DNA of 55,441 nt, the filler included, from Basidiobolus ranarum (taxonomy: Eukaryota): assembly GCA_040143965.1 (NCBI GenBank). It is 5 parts of 5 records of this genome, joined end to end, with 100 filler letters (N's around TTAATTAATTAA, not from the genome) between each part and the next. Parts side by side here need not be neighbours in the genome. Positions count along the whole stretch, not along the records: positions 44,448 to 55,441 come from JASJQH010000649.1; 4 more parts are not named here. One strand, written 5' to 3'. The position numbers and the translations under genes are program-made. Below the pieces are notes generated by a model, which was not told where the DNA came from, did no database searches, and saw only the letters and a list, made by a program, of their open reading frames with translations. Positions within the stretch are counted from its first letter, which is position 1, and each line of letters starts with the position of its first letter. Positions 49,951 through 55,441 of this stretch are shown one piece after another.

Positions 49951-52900
49951 GTTATATACTAGCAACCTGCTGTAGTAGAAAATTACGGGTGGTTAAATAC
50001 AAAGCACCTGGAAGAGTAACTGTGAAGAAAAGGTTATTTAGAATACTACCTTCAATTGCTGTAAATGACTGGGTATTTATAATGTGACATTATGACATAT
50101 ATCTTCTGAAGTGCTTACGTTTGAGTCAGTACAACACCATACACAATCAATATATTAAATTGATCCCATAATGGTTGATTTTTCTGAACGGATTTGTACC
50201 AGCGGATCTAGTTCCGCTATAATGTATTACTTTCATTAAATATCCAAAGTAATGGTGGGAACTGGTAGTTTTACAAACCAGTTGCAATAAGAAGGGAAAT
50301 TCTTCCTATCAAACCTTTGCTGCTAACAGAATTTCAAGATTTCCTTTTCTTAATGATGGGTAGTACCTTCCGGTGATAACAGTATTTTCTACCTACTCTA
50401 TGTTAGCAAATGAGTCACCGTATGGCTAAACTCACTTTAGATTCCCATCAAAAGTGATCCATGAGACTAACAACTTGAATACAACTATGAATTGTGCTAT
50501 TAGAATCGGTGACCATTCAATAAATGCAGTAAAAAAGAATCCAAGTAATACTTCCGCTAGATCTGAATGTGTATCCGGTTCTCACTATCCAGACCATGGG
50601 AATAGGAATTCCATGTTGGTTGTAACAAATCAAGTGAGAATGACAATTATTTCGAATATCAAGAAATGCCCAAATCTGACTCTGACTTACAAATATAGTC
50701 TTTGCGTCAAGTTGTGTTATTTGTGCTAACCTTGCAAGCAACATACTTGAACAAATGTACCACCAGCCGTTTCACTCGTCCAATGACTCAACCTTATGTT
50801 ATTCAAGGTGTGCTTACACAACCAATGAGCTCATTTTTATGAAAGTAGGCTTAGTTAATGGTTCTTTTCACCGACAAACAACATCATCAATATCTATTGA
50901 TGGCAAGTTACCTTTTGTATCTGCTATAACTACCTACTGCATGTTACATAAGTACGTACTAATGTATGGAATGAAAATAGAGGATTTATACTATTCACAT
51001 ATACACTAGCGATTCACCTTTTTTGCATGCAGTTTTCAATTGATAATAACTCTGCATTCGCCACATGATTCAACTCGATATTTGCTACAAGCCCAAATAA
51101 CAGTCTCTATTAGTATGAATGCCACTTGACGGTTCCTTGTGATCCTATGTATGTTAGTATTCCGCACTTGTAGTGAATCAGTTTTGAGCTCTCTATTGCT
51201 AAAGGTAGATATTTATGCTAGGGTGATACTAAGTGCTGAATTTTTAGTTGCTTATCTATATGCCCTGACAAGTCTTGTCAGTATTCTTTCAAAACTCTCT
51301 TTTTTATGACATGTATTCTGGGACAGACTGTATACACAACTATTGGCTGAAAGATATTTTAGAGTATTTCTATGCATGACGGAGTTGAATAGTTAAGTTT
51401 CATTGACCCTAAATATATTATTCTGAAATGTTGGTTCCACTAACTTTTGACTACAAAGAATTGCAATCATACCTACTCTAGTTTAACATCTTGTATAAAC
51501 TCAGTCCAGATGTGAGAGATATTTGTTGAATAAGGCCCATTACAATGCATATATATACTATTATAAGAGAAACAGAACATGCTTGTTGTCTTGCAAATTG
51601 AATTCCGATGAGGACACTTTGTATTATTCAAATAATGTAGATTATGAAAGTTTCAGTGACAGTGAGTACTTCAGGAGTTACGCTACATGTATAAACTGTT
51701 GAAAAATAGGATTTCTATATATATAAAGAGTATGTATAGTTAGAAACATGGAAAAATATAATGAATTGCTATTTTGATAATTTAGTAGACCCTATTCAAT
51801 ATTTTTAGCTTCTGAGAGACTTGCTTGGTGCTACTCTTCACACCATCAAAGACTTTTATTTGGGCTTTGCTTAAGTTGTGTAACAAATTTAAGTTGAATC
51901 ATGGAGTGAATGTATCATCATTTGAAAAACGCATGTAAAAGAAGTGAATCAGTTATGAGTGCTAGTGTATCTCCATCACTATTCGGTATAAATGAGGAAT
52001 ATTTGTGGCCTTTAATTAATTCAACTGGACTACATTCGTTGAATCCAAATAAACGTGTGAGCACTATTCATTCATATCATTGGTGAACCAATAGCAGATT
52101 CTGAAGAATCAGTACAATCATCAATATCAATCTGATTAGATTTGCCGTATTACGAGGAACACCTCCCAACAATAAATCTCTGATGTATCGCATGAGTGCT
52201 TTTATGGGTTACATCTGCTCCATGTTGGAGTCGGTGTTAGATTCAGTTTTAAGCACGTTGTGTTTGGTGTGCATGACCAGTGGTATGCTATGTAACGAAA
52301 CTGACCCCAGGATTCGGAGAGGTCGACAAATTATAGCCCGTGAAGTGAATAATATAGGCCAGTGACTTCTTGAAGTTAAGCTACTTGTACTTCGGCAAGA
52401 TTTGTAATTTAAATCAGTTTAAAACCATTTATAATATTTAAAACGTCACAGACATGAGTGGAAATCATGTGGCGCGTCTATATTGTTAACTCTTATAGCT
52501 TCACCGTAACCAGCTTTGTAATATTATCCTTTACATGCCTATCGCTATAGCAAGTAACTGATAGGCGATATAGTACTAAAATCATGACAGTACATACGAT
52601 ATAGGTTATAGGATAATCGGAAACTGAATTCTCCCAGACAATCACTGCGGATTCATTACACGTGAAAGGACCAAACACTGGAAACTAAATACTGGAAACC
52701 AAATGCTTGGATATCTCGAATAATTTCCAAAATAATCCACTTATAGCTCATGTTGATCATTACCAGATCTATTTAGCTCTCTGTAGAAAAATACTGGGGC
52801 CAGTTCGCAAGACATGGGAAATCTACACCCTTTTCAATACCTGATTTATACTGTTTCACTTTCCATGCTTACTGATTCAGCTTGGCCCCCCTATATATCG

Positions 52901-53010
52901 TCTGAAGCATCGCCAAGAATTAGACACTCTATGTGTAATACTGGTTTTCATCAGTGAGAGTTAAAGCATATATAATCCCTACTAGGCGGGCATTTAGGTT
53001 CGTTATCACC

Positions 53011-53964
53011 ATGACTCCCCAATTCAATAACGAAACCACAGCAGAAGAGGTTGCTTCCCATTTTGCTGATGAAATCAAAGGAAAGACCGTATTGGTGACT
53101 GGCACTACTTGGGGTGGTCTTGGTGCGGAATTTGCTCGTGTCGTAGCCAAGTATGGTGCTGGTCTTATCATTATTGGTAGTAGACGACAAGAGTCTCTGG
53201 ACGATACCATCAAAAAGATAAAGCAGGAAACACCTGATGCTAACCTATACCCACTGGTTATCGATTTAGCGTCTTTTGCATCCATTCGTCATGCTGCCCA
53301 GGAGGTGAATCAATTACCTAAGCCTATAGATATCCTAGTCAATAATGCCGCCATTATGAATGCCCAGTATTATACGACTGCAGATGGAATTGAGGCTCTG
53401 TTTGGCACCAATCACTTAGGTCCTTTTCTATTTACTAATCTGATACTACCCCGCATCCTTGCATCTAGCACAACAGATCCACGCATAGTGAATATCTCCA
53501 GTAAAGGACATCATTTCAGCCCCATTCGATTTGATGATGTTGGCTTCAATGAAGGTAAAAACTACGAAAAGTGGCAGGCATATGGCCAATCAAAGACTGC
53601 TAATATATTATTTGCACTTGAGCTCAGCAAAAGATACAAGGAGAAGGGAGTCCACGCGTTTAGTGTTCACCCTGGAACCATTAGAACTAATCTTGGTAAA
53701 GATATCGATATCGAAACCGAGATCAATGCTATGGTTGACTCTGAGGGCAAGCCACGGAATATTCAGTTGAAGACGATTCCACAAGGCACGGCAACTTATA
53801 TTGTTGCCGCCTTTGATCCATCCATCCGGGACCAGAATGGTTCATACTTGGAAAATAACCGAGTCAATAACGCAGCTGTTAAGGAATATGCTTTAGACGA
53901 GGTCAATGCACACAAACTCTGGTCTCTGAGCGAGCAGATGGTCGGCCAAAAATTTGACAATTAA
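53011..53964 (+). CDS. Short-chain dehydrogenase/reductase (retinol-DH/WWOX-like classical SDR), intronless
   Basis: VLVTGTTWGGLG, DLAS..SIR, IDILVNNAAIM, FGTNHLGPFLFT, RIVNISS.GH, YGQSKTAN (YxxxK), SVHPG.I.TNL, LW.LSE. Confidence 0.93.
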   Translation: MTPQFNNETTAEEVASHFADEIKGKTVLVTGTTWGGLGAEFARVVAKYGAGLIIIGSRRQESLDDTIKKIKQETPDANLYPLVIDLASFASIRHAAQEVNQLPKPIDILVNNAAIMNAQYYTTADGIEALFGTNHLGPFLFTNLILPRILASSTTDPRIVNISSKGHHFSPIRFDDVGFNEGKNYEKWQAYGQSKTANILFALELSKRYKEKGVHAFSVHPGTIRTNLGKDIDIETEINAMVDSEGKPRNIQLKTIPQGTATYIVAAFDPSIRDQNGSYLENNRVNNAAVKEYALDEVNAHKLWSLSEQMVGQKFDN

Positions 53965-55441
53965 TTGTTGCTATAAATCCTATACTCCCATCAGTATTCA
54001 AAGGTTGAGAGCGATTTGAAAATAAAGTGGAATTGCTTTTCTGTATTAGTGACTATCACTACTAAATTGTACTTACACCAAGAATCCAGTGCAAAAATTT
54101 GGCTTTCAACAAACATATCACGTAGCAATGAGCTGTATGCTGGAGGGATGAAAAACACCCAGTGATGAAAATTATATTTAGCCCAGCTATTAGTCCAAAC
54201 AAAGTCACACATAGAATGATAGTCTCATAATATATTGTGACAAGATAGGATTATAAGGAGGAATGAACAGCATCAGAGATTGGAAACTGTATTCAACATG
54301 CAACATTACAAACATCAAGTGTACAAGATGGTTTGATGTTACTTTTCAAATTCAAATTTATATCAAGGTAAAAACTTCAAAAACTATTTTAATCAAGTAG
54401 AGCATATTTTTATGCATTCTAAGTAGTCCCTTTGTATATATGGGATTGAGAGAGGTTGGCAAGTCTAGGAAGCTTAAATTGTTTTATTTTACAATAGTGA
54501 GGAGACTGTAATAGTATAACTCAAACCAAGTTCCATGTTCATTATCACAACGAATATTATGTTTCCTCTTATGTACTCATATCAAGTTCCTTGTTTCAAT
54601 GACAGATAATATTGGGGTTAGCTCAACCAAAAAATCTATGATTATCAGTAGAACAACAATGCCCGGTATTGCATTTTGCATAAGTTATATTATGTGACAA
54701 ATGTATAACACAAATTTCCAAAACCTATATCTAAGTGTCTACTCACTATACCAGTAGGAATGCCAATTGAAAGTACACTCATTTACTGTGAGTATTTACA
54801 ACAGGGCAATGTAAAATTATATGGTGTCCAATTTTATGTTAAGCTGTCTATTAATAAAAGCAATTGCCCATTTTGTGGCCACATTACTTCCATTCATTAT
54901 AAAATCAAAGGAAAAACAATGTCTAATTTTGACTTCTTTATGTGAGTCATAGCTGCAACCAATTCATTGAAAAGTAAAAATTCAACTATTTTAGAACAGT
55001 TCCACCATTTATTTAGATGGAAAGCATAAAGTGATAGGAACTTCATTCAGCTTGTAAACTAATTTAAGCATATGTTTGTTCAGAAAATAATTTCTTAATA
55101 TATGTGACTGGATAACCTCATATCCATACTTGACACTACTACTAAGATATTCAAGTTCTCAAGATATCATGATTGTTATGCACCAACATACAAAGTTGTT
55201 GAACTTACATCTATATATATAACTTGCACAAATATCTGTTTAGTTCATCATCATTGCTAACTGGTCACCTGACCTTATCCAGTGAACATATCATGTGACT
55301 TATCACCTGACTAACTATCAATTCTCTTTTCCCATGTATCAGATCATTTGACCAATCACATCATCATTATCCAATCAGTATTAACCTCTGAGTCATCTGC
55401 CTAGACACAAATCAATATGAGTCACAAGATTCATAACCAAT

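Noticed and set aside
51800-52400. Possible minus-strand pseudogene fragment
   Set aside because: Multiple stops and no recognisable family.
1-55441. NRPS biosynthetic cluster including the dioxygenase, GNAT, cupin, methyltransferase and SDR as tailoring genes
   Set aside because: These genes are on different contigs joined by artificial linkers, and the dioxygenase and methyltransferase are housekeeping AlkB and ERG6.
1-55441. CRISPR arrays, rRNA, intact tRNAs or intact transposase/RT genes
   Set aside because: No regularly spaced repeats or diagnostic motifs were seen.

Overview
Eukaryotic genomic DNA from an early-diverging fungus. The short GT-AG introns, gene set and large NRPS suggest Basidiobolus or another zoopagomycete/zygomycete (inference). 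The window is not contiguous: it is five unrelated ~11 kb contigs (1-11023, 11124-22141, 22242-33249, 33350-44347, 44448-55441; lengths 11023, 11018, 11008, 10998, 10994) joined by artificial 100-nt linkers (N44-TTAATTAATTAA-N44). Contig 1 is an internal piece of a multimodular NRPS ([C]-A-T-E-C-A-T-E-C-A...). Contig 2 has an AlkB-family dioxygenase, a FANCF-like gene, cytosolic SHMT and condensin Ycs4/Cnd1. Contig 3 has ZUP1/Mug105 peptidase C78, CHS7 and PUB1/TIA-1. Contig 4 has SERCA (in-frame TAG near the N-terminus), a GNAT, SIP5 and a bacterial-type cupin. Contig 5 has ERG6, a tRNA relic, a small C39-like cysteine peptidase and an SDR. The strongest unexplained signals are several heavily base-paired intergenic segments, best at 24619-25030, that look like unannotated large ncRNAs. 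Also notable are a FANCF homolog in a fungus, an intron position shared between NRPS modules, a TGACTC cluster upstream of SHMT and several horizontal-transfer candidates. All family assignments come from motif recognition by eye; no searches were run.
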